From NCBI GenBank assembly GCA_951406725.2, contig OX597818.1, positions 41,292,001-41,356,000 on the forward strand: a stretch of DNA of 64,000 bases, written 5' to 3'. Below the pieces are notes generated by a model. That model was not told the origin of the DNA and ran no database searches. It saw nothing but the letters and a program-made list of their open reading frames with translations. Of the stretch, positions 28,837 to 42,286 are shown piece after piece. The stretch's first letter is position 1. The number at the start of each line of letters is the position of its first letter. A program made the position numbers and the translations under genes. The stretch is from Octopus vulgaris (taxonomy: Eukaryota).

Positions 28837-29458
28837 GGATCTTTTCCTTTTGAACGGCAGACAATTTCTAGTTAACTAAACACTTTAAAACTTCGTATAC
28901 TGGTAGAATGTGTCAAAATAAAACATTTTTTTCTCTTGGATTTCTTGAGAAAATTGTAATTTGTTTGTTTAACTTTTCGAATTTTAACCAATCCTATGCT
29001 CTCTTTTGAGCTAAAATCATTTGCTGCGTCTAAAACTGAGACAACATCCTGTAACTAACCCTAAACCTCCCCCTAACCCTAACCCTAAATTTTTTTTCTT
29101 AATTATTAAAGTAATTTAATTGTTACGCGTGTAAAAAAAACTAAAGCAATGGAATTAAATTAATTTAACAATTAAGAAAAAATAATTAGGGTTAGTGGGA
29201 AGGTTTAGGGTTAGTTACAGGATGTTGTCTCAGTTTTAGACGCAGCAAATGATTTTAGTTGAATGGAGGTAATCGATTGGTTAAAATTGCCGAAATGCTC
29301 GGATTTTCAGACGAAATATCATACAAACTATAGAATTTTCTCAATAAAACCAAGAGAAAATGATGTTTTATAAACACATTCTACCAGTATACGAAGTTTA
29401 AAAGTGTTTAGTTCACTAGAAATTGTGTTGACATCTGCCGTTCAAAAGGAAAAGATTC
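28837..29458. mobile_element. Long-armed palindromic MITE, GGATC termini, 8-bp TSD, internal telomere-like TAACCC units (Merlin-like)
   Basis: TIR ggatcttttccttttgaacggcaga / tctgccgttcaaaaggaaaagattc; TSD aaaaacaa at 28829-28836 and 29459-29466; inverted similarity extends almost to the centre (~29140). Confidence 0.85.
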
Positions 29459-29975
29459 AAAAACAATTCTTCAGCATTTTCTATTTTTTTCGACGTAGTT
29501 TTGTTAAAGCGTACTAAACTAGGATTGTATAAGGATAGAGTTAATATTCGTGCGTAATTTAATATACACACTTATATGCACATATGTGCGATCCCCTGTG
29601 TATATGTGTGAGGGTGCGTTTGATTATGTGTCTGCTTGTGTCCCTAAGCTTATCTGTTCAGCAACTAGACTTCGATATACTAAATCCCAGATTGATACAA
29701 GTCCTAGGGGCGATATGATTCGACAAAAGTAGTCGGAAGAAGAACCTTCGTATGGCCATAGTCCAGTGACTGAAACCTGTAAACGCATTAAATTAGATTT
29801 ATGAGAATATAGTATGTATGTACGTATGCATGTATGTACGTACATACGTATGAATGTGCGTGTATGTATGAGTGTGTATGACATACATACATACACACAT
29901 ACATACACACACACATACATACATACATACATACATACATACATACATACATACATACATACATACATACATACA

Positions 29976-30007
<32 letters not shown>

Positions 30008-30561
30008 CAAACACTGAATGTATATATGTATATATATGCATGTATATATATATATAGGTATTTAGGTAGGGTCTCAAGAAAGAGAAGTTAATGGAAGTGA
30101 CAGAGAGAAAAATAAATATGAAAATAATAATAGAAGATATATTTTGATAAGATTTGCCATTATTTACTGCGAGAATAATTGAAAGAAAGCAATTTAGGTC
30201 TCTCTCTCTCTTTTCCCCGTCTCTTCCTCTGACCGTCTCCTTCTCCCGTTATCTCCATCTCTCACCCTCCTTCTTTCTCTCCCTCTGTATGTATGTATGT
30301 ATGTATGTCTTCGGCTGCGAACATACGAGCGCGCCTCTGTGAATGTTAATATTTATGTTCACGAGTTGTGTGCTGAGAAAATTAAAGTGTGAGCGAGACT
30401 ATGGCAGATTATCTGGCAAAATTGTCGACCATTTATCATCCTCAATCACGTCTTCCTTTACGCTTGTTTCCCTTTCATTGTCGATATCATTCATCATCAA
30501 CATCGCCATCGTTGTCTTCGTCGTCCTCTTCCTCACCGTCGCAGTTGTCATCTTTGACGTC

Positions 30562-30611
<50 letters not shown>

Positions 30612-30614
<3 letters not shown>

Positions 30615-30808
30615 TTCAAATTTTATCACAAGGGCAGTAATTTGGGGGGAGGAGATGAGTCGATTACATCGACCCTAGTGTTCAACTGGTACTTATTTTA
30701 TAGATCCCAAAAGGATGAAAGGCAAAGTCGAACTTGGCGGAATTTGAATTCAGAACGTAAAACCGGAAGAAATGCCCGTATGCTAATGATTCTGCTAGCT
30801 CGCTGCCG
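30612..30808 (-). mobile_element. SINE family A, diverged
   Basis: aaaggatgaaaggcaaagtcga..ggcggaatttgaattcagaacgt is the reverse complement of the family body. Confidence 0.75.
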
Positions 30809-30833
30809 TGACCGGTTTGGTGGTGCTGTTGCT

Positions 30834-30864
<31 letters not shown>

Positions 30865-31541
30865 ATGATGGTGGTGGGGGTGATGTTGATAATGATGATG
30901 AAGATGATGATGATGATGACGGTGATGACGACGACGACGACGACGTTGAGGAGGAGGAGGAGGAGGGGGAGGAGGGGGAGGAGGAGGAGGAGGTTATAAT
31001 ATTACACTTGCTGTGGCTGTGGTTATGATAGTGAGTAATAATTGCTTCTGATATTGTTACCATCACTGTTGCTGTCGAAGTTATTGATGAGAAGCAGCCG
31101 TCCTATGACAGAAGAGGCAAGAGAGAGAGAGGAGAGAGAGAGGAGAGAGAGAGGAGAGAGGGAGGGAGGGAGACAGAGGGGAGAGGGCGACAGAGGAGAG
31201 ATGGAGAGAGAGATATGAAGAGAGAATGATGGCGCTTAATGAACAAACACCAAAGCAAGAAAGAGAAACGATGAAATAAATGGCTGTCATATTTTTTTCA
31301 ATAATATTTTCATTGGAGACACATTGTTGATGGTCAAATATTGGGGCCAAAGGGCAAGCAATGTGGCTAATGCCGTCATAAATTAAACACCATCTTCCTC
31401 CTGCCATTATCACAACCAATCATATTAAGATGTAGGTAAATGTCGAACAGTATAGGAGAGACATAACTGAATTGCTGTAGTGTTGGCCACAATAGCGCAC
31501 AGGTTTCACGTTCAAATCGACAGTAGGCGTCTTATATAAAT

Positions 31542-31938
31542 ATTTATATATAAAACTGTAGTTGTGTGAGTGTCTGTCTCCTACGATTTAGATTCCTAAC
31601 TACTCCCACATTCTGCGGTGCAGTTTAACCAAAACCGGGTATCTTATAGTCGTGATTCATATCGAGCCCTTCTGGGTATTAGCGCGCGTCTACGATGAGT
31701 CTACGACTTAAAAAACAAATTTACCATCAATTTTTCCCATTTTTAATGCATTTTTGGCATATATAAGGGAAGTAACTCTCTAAAAATTTATTATTAAATC
31801 TCAGAACGTAAAAAGCTACAGTAACCCCCCCCCCTTGTGGTTAGCCATATTGAGATGGCTATTATACTTTACATCTCTAAAAATGCTTATATAGTTATTT
31901 CCCTTACAAATCCGAGCAACGCCGGGCGATACTGCTAG
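31542..31938 (+). mobile_element. Non-autonomous Helitron-like element
   Basis: 5' tatatataaaa..gtgtgagtgtctgtc; 3' ccgagcaacgccgggcgatactgCTAG followed by T. Confidence 0.7.
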
Positions 31939-31969
31939 TGTAATATATAAGTATTCTTAATTGCATAAA

Positions 31970-32190
31970 GGCGGCGAGCTGGCAGAAACGTTAGCACGCC
32001 GGGCGAAATGCGTAGCCGTAATTCGTCTGCCGATACGTTCTGAGTTCAAATTCTACCGAGGTCGGCTTTGCCTTTCATCCTTTTGGGGTCGAGAAATAAA
32101 GTACCAGTTACGCACTGGGGTCGACTTAATCACTTTGTCTGTCTTTGTTTGTCCCCTCTATGTTTAGCCTCTTGTGGGCAATAAAGAAAT
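31970..32190 (+). mobile_element. SINE family A, tail type 1
   Basis: Full copy, flanked by the duplicated ataa(g/a)tattcttaattgcata segment. Confidence 0.88.
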
Positions 32191-32279
32191 ATATAAATAT
32201 TCTTAATTGCATACGCTTTAGCTTTCCTAATTTTTAGGAATATGTAGTTGATCCTCTTGTAATGTTACTTATCACGTGG

Positions 32280-32318
<39 letters not shown>

Positions 32319-34364
32319 TTCTCACCCTCCCTCTGTATCATTATGACTCATAAGGCTGGTCATCAGGTTTCCATGGAGTGTAAGTGACCGAGATCTCAAC
32401 ATTCCCTCTGAAATGAGTGACGATCAGTTGCAACATTCAAGGCCTGCAATTTTGATGGAAGGGGCCAATTCGATTACATCACACCAGTGCTTAACTGCTA
32501 CTATATTTCATTGACCTCGAAGGAATGAAAAGCAAAACAGTCAAGAACCGAAAGAAATACTACAAAGCATGTTGTTCGACATGCTAATGGTTCTGTTAGC
32601 TCACCGCCTTATTCCACGGAGAGAAAGATACCATCTGCTACAAAAGAACTGGAATAAGTACTAGCCCTTAAAAGCTAGACTCTTAGGATATAGTGTTTAT
32701 AATATACGAAATGAGACCGAATAGTCAGATGTTTCGTTAGTTTGTAGGTTGAACTCAGATCGTCCCTTGGGTGAGTCCTGCAACAGATTGGTGCATTGTT
32801 ACAAAAGAAAAGTAATCTTTCAAACACTTGCTGTTTTAAAAACTTGGATAAGTTCCAACACACTACAGTATACGATAGCAAACGTAAAATTAGTCAAAGT
32901 AAGAAACTGGTAAAATAACTTCAATGCAAACAAAAATTATTATCACATAATCCGTTTTACACTCAGCCAAAAAAAAACAAGTAATAATGATTTCTTTTGC
33001 AAGAATCAATACGATGCTATTTCAAGCAAGAGTGATAAATAGTATTAACTGACATCTATCTACATATTTACGTATGCATACATCTTATGTCTGACATTTC
33101 ATAAGTGAGTGATTAGATTCATAGACCACAAATTATACAAAATTGTATCCTGCTTTGCCCAAGGTTCATTAACCTCAAATGAGATGGAAATTGTATCCTG
33201 CTTTTCCAAAGGTTTATTTACGATATTAAGAACTGAAACAATTCTGTCCATGAACTGTAACCGAGGATGTAGCGCTAGAATTTGACTGTACCCGATAGAT
33301 GCTCGGTAAAGCATTCACGTTTTATATCACCCTAGGCGAGAGTTGTAAGGGGAGCATAAAATCGATAAAATCGCCTTATTGTATCATATAGCTATTTTAA
33401 CCTAATTATTCATTAAGATACTATAAACATAATGTTGAATACAGAACATGACCAAAAGTGTATCACCAAGGTCGTATATTTCTAGATTGCATGATGTAAC
33501 CGCAAAACAAAATACAATGTTATATATAACATTGTTATGTATTGAATTTTAGATTTTTAAGAAAATGAATAATGATGGAATATTCCAAAGAAAGATTGCT
33601 TCGAATACAATTCAAACTTGGCGGAATATTCAGTAAACAAATTTTCAGACTACTGTGAGTCTACAAACACTATAGTTTCCTTTGTGATAAATAACTGACA
33701 CTCAAATAAATTGACAAAAAATATTTCAGTATTAATAAAATAGTGTGGAAATTTCTTGGTTTTCTCTTTAGAAATAACAAAATCTGTTATCTACCGACAT
33801 TCTGCAACGTCCAAGGATATGATGTACGATTATAATTCCCTAGAGCCAAGACAATTCAATGTTTCACTCGGTAACTTAAACCTTAAAATCTATTCACGTT
33901 AGATCTCTTTAGCAAATTAAGAGTAAAAAATCCAGTCTGCATATTACTGCACCAGGATGATGGATTCTGTTATGGGAGAATCCTGAGCATTCCTACATAA
34001 CTGAAGGTAGACTAACCGATTACAAAAAATGACAACAGAGTGAACTGTCATGAGCAGTCCCTCAAAAGGCCCCGTTAAAACAAAGCGTATATGATGACGT
34101 ACAGGAAAAGCACGGCAATTGAACGAAAAATCACCAAGTACAAACAGGTGATTAGAGTGAAATTGCCGGCTGAGGTTTATACAGAAAACTCTAAATGTAT
34201 ATTAATAGACAAGGAAAGATATGCTAAATTAAAGAAAATGTTCCGGTTAAACATAGGACCCATTAGGAGTGGAGGTGGCATATGATGCCCTACCTCTAGT
34301 CGTGGACTATGACGATTTGAAACCGTATATAAACTGGTAAAATATGTAAATTTTAATATTATAT

Positions 34365-34567
34365 ATTTCTTTACTACCCACAAGGGGCTAAACACAGAGG
34401 GGACAAAAAGAACAGACAAACGGATTAAGTCGATTATATTGACCCCAGTGAGTAACTGGTACTTAATTTATCGACCTCGGCGGAATTTGAACCCAGAACG
34501 TAACGGCAGACGAAATACGGCTACGCATTTCGCCCAGCGTGCTAACGTTTCTGCCAGCTCGCTGCCT
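34365..34567 (-). mobile_element. SINE family A, tail type 1, with internal deletion
   Basis: Reverse complement of 56153-56383 lacking ~25 bp of the core. Confidence 0.85.
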
Positions 34568-34699
34568 TCTTTTTTTAAAGAATTAAAATCTTCGAAGGAC
34601 CATTATTCTTTTCTACTCTAGGCACAAGGCCCAAATTTTAATATTATAAAACAGGAAAAAAAAAGTGGAAATACTACACACGTGTTACCAAGAAAAAAA

Positions 34700-34886
34700 G
34701 ATATAAAACCTTTGATAAAGAACAGTTTGGTGGTACTGCTCGTGAATGGGGTTCGAGTAGCCATCGCCCTATCATTTATTTAAAATTCATTTTCATTCAT
34801 TTTTTTATGTTTTATGTCCCACTTATGTTGCCTGTCCTTGTACCGTCCTCTCTATGTTCGGGCCTTTGTTGCCTAATAAAGAAATA
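34700..34886 (+). mobile_element. Probable 3' end of another Tx1-like LINE subfamily
   Basis: ctgtccttgtaccgtcctctctatgttcgggcctttgttgcctaataaagaaat resembles both the LINE 3' end at 62203-62260 and the family-A SINE tail. Confidence 0.45.
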
Positions 34887-35324
34887 GTAGTTGACGGTGT
34901 TAGTTCGACTGTGTACGTTAACCGTGTTAGTTCGACGGGTATTGCTTTAACAGTCAGTAGTCGAACAGTGAAATACGGAACATCGGGTAGTACGGAGTGT
35001 GTTCTGTGTTAACACATATTCTGCAATAGGTTATTTTTAGATAACCACAACCAACTATTCATTTGTGTAATACCCACTTGTGTCGTATATGTCCCCAATA
35101 CAACTCCATAACAACCCATCATATATACACGACATGCTCTTCGTAATTTTCGAGATTTTGCCGAGCTAGAAGAGTAGAAAAGATTGAGGTTATCGGTGCT
35201 ATGAAGACACTGTATTGCTATTTTTTTGTATATGTCTGTATGCGTGTGTGCGAGTATATGTACATAGATATATGCATGCATATAGATGTGATGTGTATGT
35301 CTGCAAATATACATATATATATGA

Positions 35325-35357
<33 letters not shown>

Positions 35358-35394
35358 TGTATGTATGTATACATGTATGCATATGCACACGTGT

Positions 35395-35442
<48 letters not shown>

Positions 35443-35445
<3 letters not shown>

Positions 35446-35752
35446 CAACTACATGGTTCCGGGTTCAGTTCCACTGCGTTGCAATTGGGCAAGTGTCTTC
35501 TATAGCCTCGGGCCGACCAAGGCCTTGTGAGTGGATTTGGTAGACGTAAACTGAAAGAAGCCCGTCGTATATATATGTGTGTGTGTGCGCGTGTATGTGT
35601 ATGTATGTGTCTGTCTGTCTGTCTGTCGGTTTGTCCCCCCACTATCGCTTGACAACCAATGCTGGTGTGTTTACGTGCCCGTAACCTAACGGTTCGGCAA
35701 AAGAGAGTTGTTCCCTGGCTGCAGTCAAATGACTGAAACAAATAAAATAAAA
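35443..35752 (+). mobile_element. SINE family C, truncated and internally deleted
   Basis: acatggttccgggttcagt...aagaagcccgtcg...gcagtcaaatgactgaaaca. Confidence 0.8.
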
Positions 35753-35821
<69 letters not shown>

Positions 35822-35963
35822 GTTGTTGTTGTATTTGGGAACGGTCATGTTGCCAGTTTAGCCAATTGGATAAACTGGTAACATGTCTATCCCTAATTAG
35901 AACAATATCTGTTTCAACACACGGTTTCACATCAAGAATCTTGTTGCAAAATGAATATATAAC

Positions 35964-36000
<37 letters not shown>

Positions 36001-36046
36001 CATACATACATACATACATACATACATACATACATACATACATACA

Positions 36047-36078
<32 letters not shown>

Positions 36079-36087
36079 AATATATAA

Positions 36088-36245
36088 AATATAAATGAGA
36101 GATAAAACCACTATTATGCAACTCAAACAGTGATAGGCATAAACCAAAACATAAATAACAAATAATATATATTTATGTTTTGGTTTATGTCTATCACTGT
36201 TTGAGTAGCATAATAGTGGTTTATCTCTAATATATATTTCATATA
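36088..36245. repeat. Palindrome with ~60-70-bp arms
   Basis: aaccactattatgcaactcaaacagtgataggcataaaccaaaacataaata versus its near-exact reverse complement at 36171-36222. Confidence 0.85.
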
Positions 36246-36332
36246 TTTATACTGAGAAATTTGATTTAATACTAAAGTGAATTTTTCCCTGTAAGTTTGG
36301 AGTTATACTCCCTAATATTATTATTATTATTA

Positions 36333-36382
<50 letters not shown>

Positions 36383-36460
36383 TCAAAATGTGACCGCGTG
36401 TGTACCGTTGGCGATTTTTTTTCTTCCGTCTTCCCTTCTCTGAATCTTTCCTTTTCCTAT

Positions 36461-36495
36461 GTTTCTGATGAAGAGCTCCGCTCGAAACGTTAAAT
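36461..36495 (+). ncRNA. Minimal hammerhead ribozyme in repeat family H (36380-36595)
   Basis: gttt CTGATGA a gagc-tcc-gctc GAAACGTT aaat; mutated copy at 15198-15232, truncated variant at 57795-57815. Confidence 0.65.
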
Positions 36496-37087
36496 CCTCC
36501 TTCTTCCCTTCCTTCCTGAGCGTCCAATAATATTATATTTGTTCCACGTCCTCGCGTTGTTGTGTTTTCTATTTGTGTTTTCATGTTTGGATTATACATA
36601 CATACATACATACATACATACATACATACATACATACATACATACATACAGAGAGGAAGAGATGAAAAGAGCAGAGAGAGCGTGGAGAGAAATAGTAGAG
36701 ACAGAGACAGAGAGAGCGTCATCATTGAACACAAAAAATAGCTGTACAATGTCTGTATAGCAGCGATAACCTCAATCTCTTCTGCTCTTCTAGCAAAGCA
36801 AAATCTTGAACATTACGAAGAGCGTGTCGTGTATATAATGATGGGTTGTTATGGTGTTGTATTGGGGACATATACGATACAAGTGGGGATTGTAATTTGT
36901 GAAGTGGTGTACATAATGCTCTTTGAAACAGATGCGTGGAAAATGATCGGCTGCAATAGTGGATGTTATGTGCATCTATATAGTTTTTCATGTCTGAATG
37001 TTTGTGTGCACGTCTGTCCGAGATTGCGTCTGTGTGAGTCGGTGAGTGTGTGTGTATGTGCGTGTGTGCGTGCGTGTGTGTGTGTGT

Positions 37088-37138
<51 letters not shown>

Positions 37139-37642
37139 AGTGAATGTGAGCAAGCACACATTAACGTAGGTGCCATTCAAATTGACTGTGCAAGAGAGCA
37201 TATACACGTAATTACGTCTTGTGCAGGCCTTTTAGTGTATATATACATAGACAGATACGCACAAACACGTGCACACACACACACACATGCACACACACAC
37301 TCACACACATACACACACACACACATACACACAGACACAGACACACACACACATATATGCATATACTTTCATACAGATTTATGTATGTGTATTTGGATGT
37401 TTGCTTATATATATATATATATATATATGCCTCTGTGTGTGTGTGTGTCTGTGTCTGTGTCTGTGTGTCTGTGTCTGTGTGTATGCATACATGAATACAT
37501 GTGTGTGTGTATGCGTGTGTGTGTATGCATGTATGTATGTATATATATATCATAAATCTTGGTGAATGTATTTATGTGCGTGTATAAGTACGCGTTTGTG
37601 GTTTGTGTGTATGTGTGTGTGCATGTGTGTGCGTATGTGTAT

Positions 37643-37692
<50 letters not shown>

Positions 37693-38078
37693 GTGTGTTC
37701 AACGTCAGTCTAATTGACTGCGTCACGTGTCAGCAATAACAAATCACCGTTGAGAATTGCGGTCTCGTGAGAATGACATGGCGACCAGAAATGCGCTGCG
37801 AGACGTCTGACAAGCAAAGAAAGCGGATAACTGAGACGCTTTGTTCGCTAAGAAACGTAACAGCGGACAGTGACGATGAGAGAGAGGTGATGGGGGAAAG
37901 GAAGATGGCCCCAGCCGTAGTGAATCAGACAGTTAAATAATGCCAGTATTCATTCTAAACTGCAGCAGTTAGAGTGTTCTGCGTACATACTCTTCGGGTA
38001 TTTCTTGTTGTGATCTGGTTTGTGATCTGGTTTGTGATCTGGTTTGCATTTTGTCGTCTCTGTCTATCTGTCTGTCTG

Positions 38079-38142
<64 letters not shown>

Positions 38143-38143
38143 C

Positions 38144-38233
<90 letters not shown>

Positions 38234-38484
38234 CCCTGCCTGTCTCTCTGATTGTCTATCTATCTGTCTCTCCATCATGTTTCTCTAATGCAGAAAATGA
38301 GAGAAAATTTTAAGGATCTTTTGGACGTTGACTGATGAGGAACTGGCTGCGAACTTTCTGTTGTCTTTGTAATTTTTTTTAAATACATACATACATATAT
38401 ACATACAAACTATATAATTAGGGTTCAGCAACGATTTGCTTCACCACACCCTTTGTTATTATTGATAATTTCACCCTTTGTTAT

Positions 38485-38601
<117 letters not shown>

Positions 38602-39291
38602 CACACACATATACATACACACACACATACATATACATGTATATATCTACTCGTACATTCACATACGTAAATATATAAGTGCAGAACTAATATATGTTAT
38701 TGATATATTTACATATATCTTATATGACGATTATGTGTATATCGACGAATAACTTGATACATAGGCAAGTGTTTATATATGCATAAATATTTACGCATAC
38801 ATATGCGCAAATCTACATAAATAAATATATGGATGCATACATGTATATATGTATGTGTGTATACAATATATAGTATTACGTGTAATGAGGAAAGGCAGAT
38901 AAACAGTTAAAGAAGTGAAGGTAAGTACGAGACGATGATTATTGAAGACGCGAGAAAATTAAGAGTAAAAGGGATGAATTTCCGAATTAGAACCTATAGT
39001 GAGGTGTGTGTAGAGAACGACATGTGTTTGTGTATGTGTGTGTGTGTATGTGTGTGTGTGTATGTGTGTGTGTGTATAAATTAATCAGTTGTAGGATCCG
39101 TTAGAATCAAGGTATTTTATATTCAGGTCACCAGGACAGGGTGGAGTTTAACCCATATGTACACGTAGCACATACATATCTATATATCTCCATACGCATA
39201 CACGCATGTAGGTTCACGATTCAATGCAAGTTCTAGCTCCAACATAGGGAAGGTGTCTGCATAAAAAAAGAACACGAATGGGTTTAAAGGT

Positions 39292-39375
39292 TCCTTACAG
39301 CTGTTTCTGATGCATTTATATAGATGCAATTACAACGATTACATCATTAAAAGAAACCGTTGTCATCAGGTGGAC
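39292..39375 (-). ncRNA. Hammerhead-like motif with enlarged stem II
   Basis: Minus strand: gtccac CTGATGA caacggtt...aatcgttg..tgcat...atgcatca GAAACAGCTGTA agga; palindromic ACAGCTGT. Confidence 0.45.
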
Positions 39376-39704
39376 TAAAGAGAACAGGGGAGACACGTGG
39401 GGTGGAGAGTCGCTGAAGAGTTCACAGGATGTGTGACGAAAGATTTCTAGGCAAAGGATATAAAATAAGAACAATAATAAATCTGAAGGGAAAAACGAAT
39501 ATATAGTGCGTGTATTTATTCGGTGAAAAATAAAAAAAAAAAGAAAAAGAAAAGGGAAAAATGTCCATCACGAAATACAACATTATCTGTTTCAACATAC
39601 AAAAGCACACATCAGACATCTTGCAAAACAAAGATACATAACGATTAAAATTTAGTTAGGAGAAAAAAAATTACAAGATCTAGAACGACCTTCTCTGTTA
39701 GCCG

Positions 39705-39775
<71 letters not shown>

Positions 39776-39877
39776 CTTCTTTCTTTCCTTTCCTGAGCTA
39801 TAATAACACTATACTTGTTCCACGTCCTCGCGTTGTTGTGTTTTCTCTTTGTGTTTTTCATGTTTATATATATATAG

Positions 39878-40126
39878 ACCCCCCCCCTTTCGGTCATGAA
39901 TGACCATGGGATTGCACCTAGAAAGTTACCCTCCTAGACACAAGTCCGGGCAAGGTTGTTTATGGAAGGCCAGCAGTCGCCCATGAATACCAGCCTCCCC
40001 TCTCCACGCCACCAGTGTTATCCAAGGGAAAGACAAAGGCCGATACAGCTTGGCACCAGTGACGTCGCAACTCATTTCTACAGCTGAGTGAACTGGAGCA
40101 ACGTGAAATAAAGTGCCTTGCTCGAG

Positions 40127-40129
<3 letters not shown>
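39878..40129 (-). mobile_element. SINE family B, head missing
   Basis: Matches 5040-5290. Confidence 0.85.
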
Positions 40130-40189
<60 letters not shown>

Positions 40190-40359
40190 GGCGTCGAGTC
40201 TTATGCATACGGAAAACCCTATTTTTTCTCCGTCGAGGACTTATATACCCTGATATAGGACTATTTTCTTTAGTCATTACATGGTGATTGTTTGTAAGCT
40301 TTAAGCTTATAACACACACACGTATATCATATCAGTATCATATGCATAGAGTACACACA

Positions 40360-40417
<58 letters not shown>

Positions 40418-40671
40418 CAGCTACACTCACACGGCGGTTTTCTGAGTAACTTTTGCCATTTACTCACTCTTAGAGGCAGTAGATTAACAGAATCTGGACA
40501 AAGTATTCACGATATTTGTCCCGGCTATACTCTTCTCAGTTCAACGCCAACGGAGTTTCACTTTACTCTTTATCTTCTCCGCGGTCGATAAAATAAAGTA
40601 CCAGCCTAGTACTGAGATCGATCTAATTGACTGACCCCATAAAATATCTGGTCATATGCCTAAATTAGGAA

Positions 40672-41088
40672 CTCTTTTACTCTTTTACTTGTTTCAGTAA
40701 TTTGACTGTGGCCATGCTGGAGCACCACCTTTAGTCGAACAAATTGACCCCAGGACTTATTATTTGTAAGCCTAGTACTTACTCTATCGGTCTTTTTCGC
40801 CGAACCGCTAAGTTTTGAGGACGTAAACACACCTGCATTGGTTGTCAAGTGATGTTGGGGGGACAGACACAGACACACAAACATATGCACACACACATAC
40901 ATATATATATATATACATATATATGACGGGCTTCTTTCAGTTTCCGTCTATCAAATCCACTCACAAGGCTTTGGTCGGCCCGAGGCTATAGTAGAAGACA
41001 CTTGCCCAAGGTGCCGTGCAGTGGGACTGAACCCGGAACCATGTGGTTGGTAAGCATGTTACTTACCACACAGCCATTCCTACGCCTA
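40672..41088 (-). mobile_element. SINE family C, full length
   Basis: Homologous to 21571-21985. Confidence 0.87.
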
Positions 41089-41433
41089 TGCTATTAATCT
41101 CATCTTTAAACATGGAACGCTCCTTCATTTATTATAAATAATAAAGTTACTATAGAGACTGGATTATTTCTGATAGACAAACCAATTCATAATGAAGAGA
41201 TATGGAAGGGACAATTCTCTAAAGTAAAAAGAGGTTAAAGGTCAAACATATTGCAATTTCTAATGTCCAGTGTCCTTTATTAAATGGAAAACTTCATGTT
41301 TATTTATGGAAGGAGCGTCATTTTTTAATCATATTATATCCTTTGTTTACATTTAATTATATGATTAATAAAGCGATTAGTTAATTAATCATTGAAACAT
41401 TCCTGATGAATCTAGTAATAATTTATTATTATT

Positions 41434-41935
41434 GAGCTGGCAGAATCGTTAGCACGTGATTGCTTACTGATATTTCGTCTGTCTTTACGTTCAGAGTTCA
41501 AATTCCGCAGATGTCGACTTTACCTTTCATCCTTTCAGGGACGATCAATTAAGTACCAGCAGAATACTTGGGTCGATGTAATCGACTTACTCCCTCCCCA
41601 CAAATTTCAGGCCTTATGTCTCCAGTAGAAAGGATTATTATCATTATCATCATCATCATTATTATTATTAATATCATCATCAACATCATCATCTATTCAA
41701 TACGAAAGAGATATAATATTGGTTTCAAACATTGGTCTTAGGCCAGCGATTTCAGAGGAAGGGAAAGTCGATTACATCGACCCCAGTGCTCAACTAGTAC
41801 TTATTTTATCGACTCCCGAGAGGATGATGGACAAAGTCGACCTCGGCGGAATTTGAACTCAGAACGCAAACATGTACGAAATGCCGAGAAGTATTCTGCT
41901 ACGCGCAGTAACGATTCCGCCAGCTCACCACCTTA
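41434..41935. mobile_element. Tail-to-tail pair of family-A SINEs (41434-41635 +, ~41725-41935 -)
   Basis: Both carry the gtcgactt..cctttcatcct..ggg core, in opposite orientations. Confidence 0.8.
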
Positions 41936-42191
41936 GAAAGAGCTATAATATTAATTTTGATTAGGCATTTTTCCATATCAAAATGAAATTCCTAAGACTG
42001 TTTCGAATCTAGCGTAGAACTATTAATATTCTTGAATAAGAAAAAAAAGAGTAACTCGTATCTCCGATCTAATATGAGTGTATTTTTCCACTTATACATA
42101 TAGTATACATACATACATACATACATACATACATACATACATACAGATACATACATGTTTATATAGATATATATGTATACATATATATGTG

Positions 42192-42286
<95 letters not shown>

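Larger units (their letters stand above)
35062..36895. repeat. Pair of ~165-bp diverged inverted repeats (35062-35228 and 36732-36895)
   Basis: cacttgtgtcgtatatgtccccaatacaac..cataacaacccatcat versus atgatgggttgttatgg.gttgtattggggacatatacgatacaagtg. Confidence 0.8.

Noticed and set aside
29056-29214. Telomere or chromosome-fusion site
   Set aside because: Only a few degenerate units, inside a TSD-bounded MITE.
37855-37875. cagcggacag resembling a REST/RE1 half-site in a cholinergic gene
   Set aside because: Only a partial match, and canonical REST is not established in molluscs.
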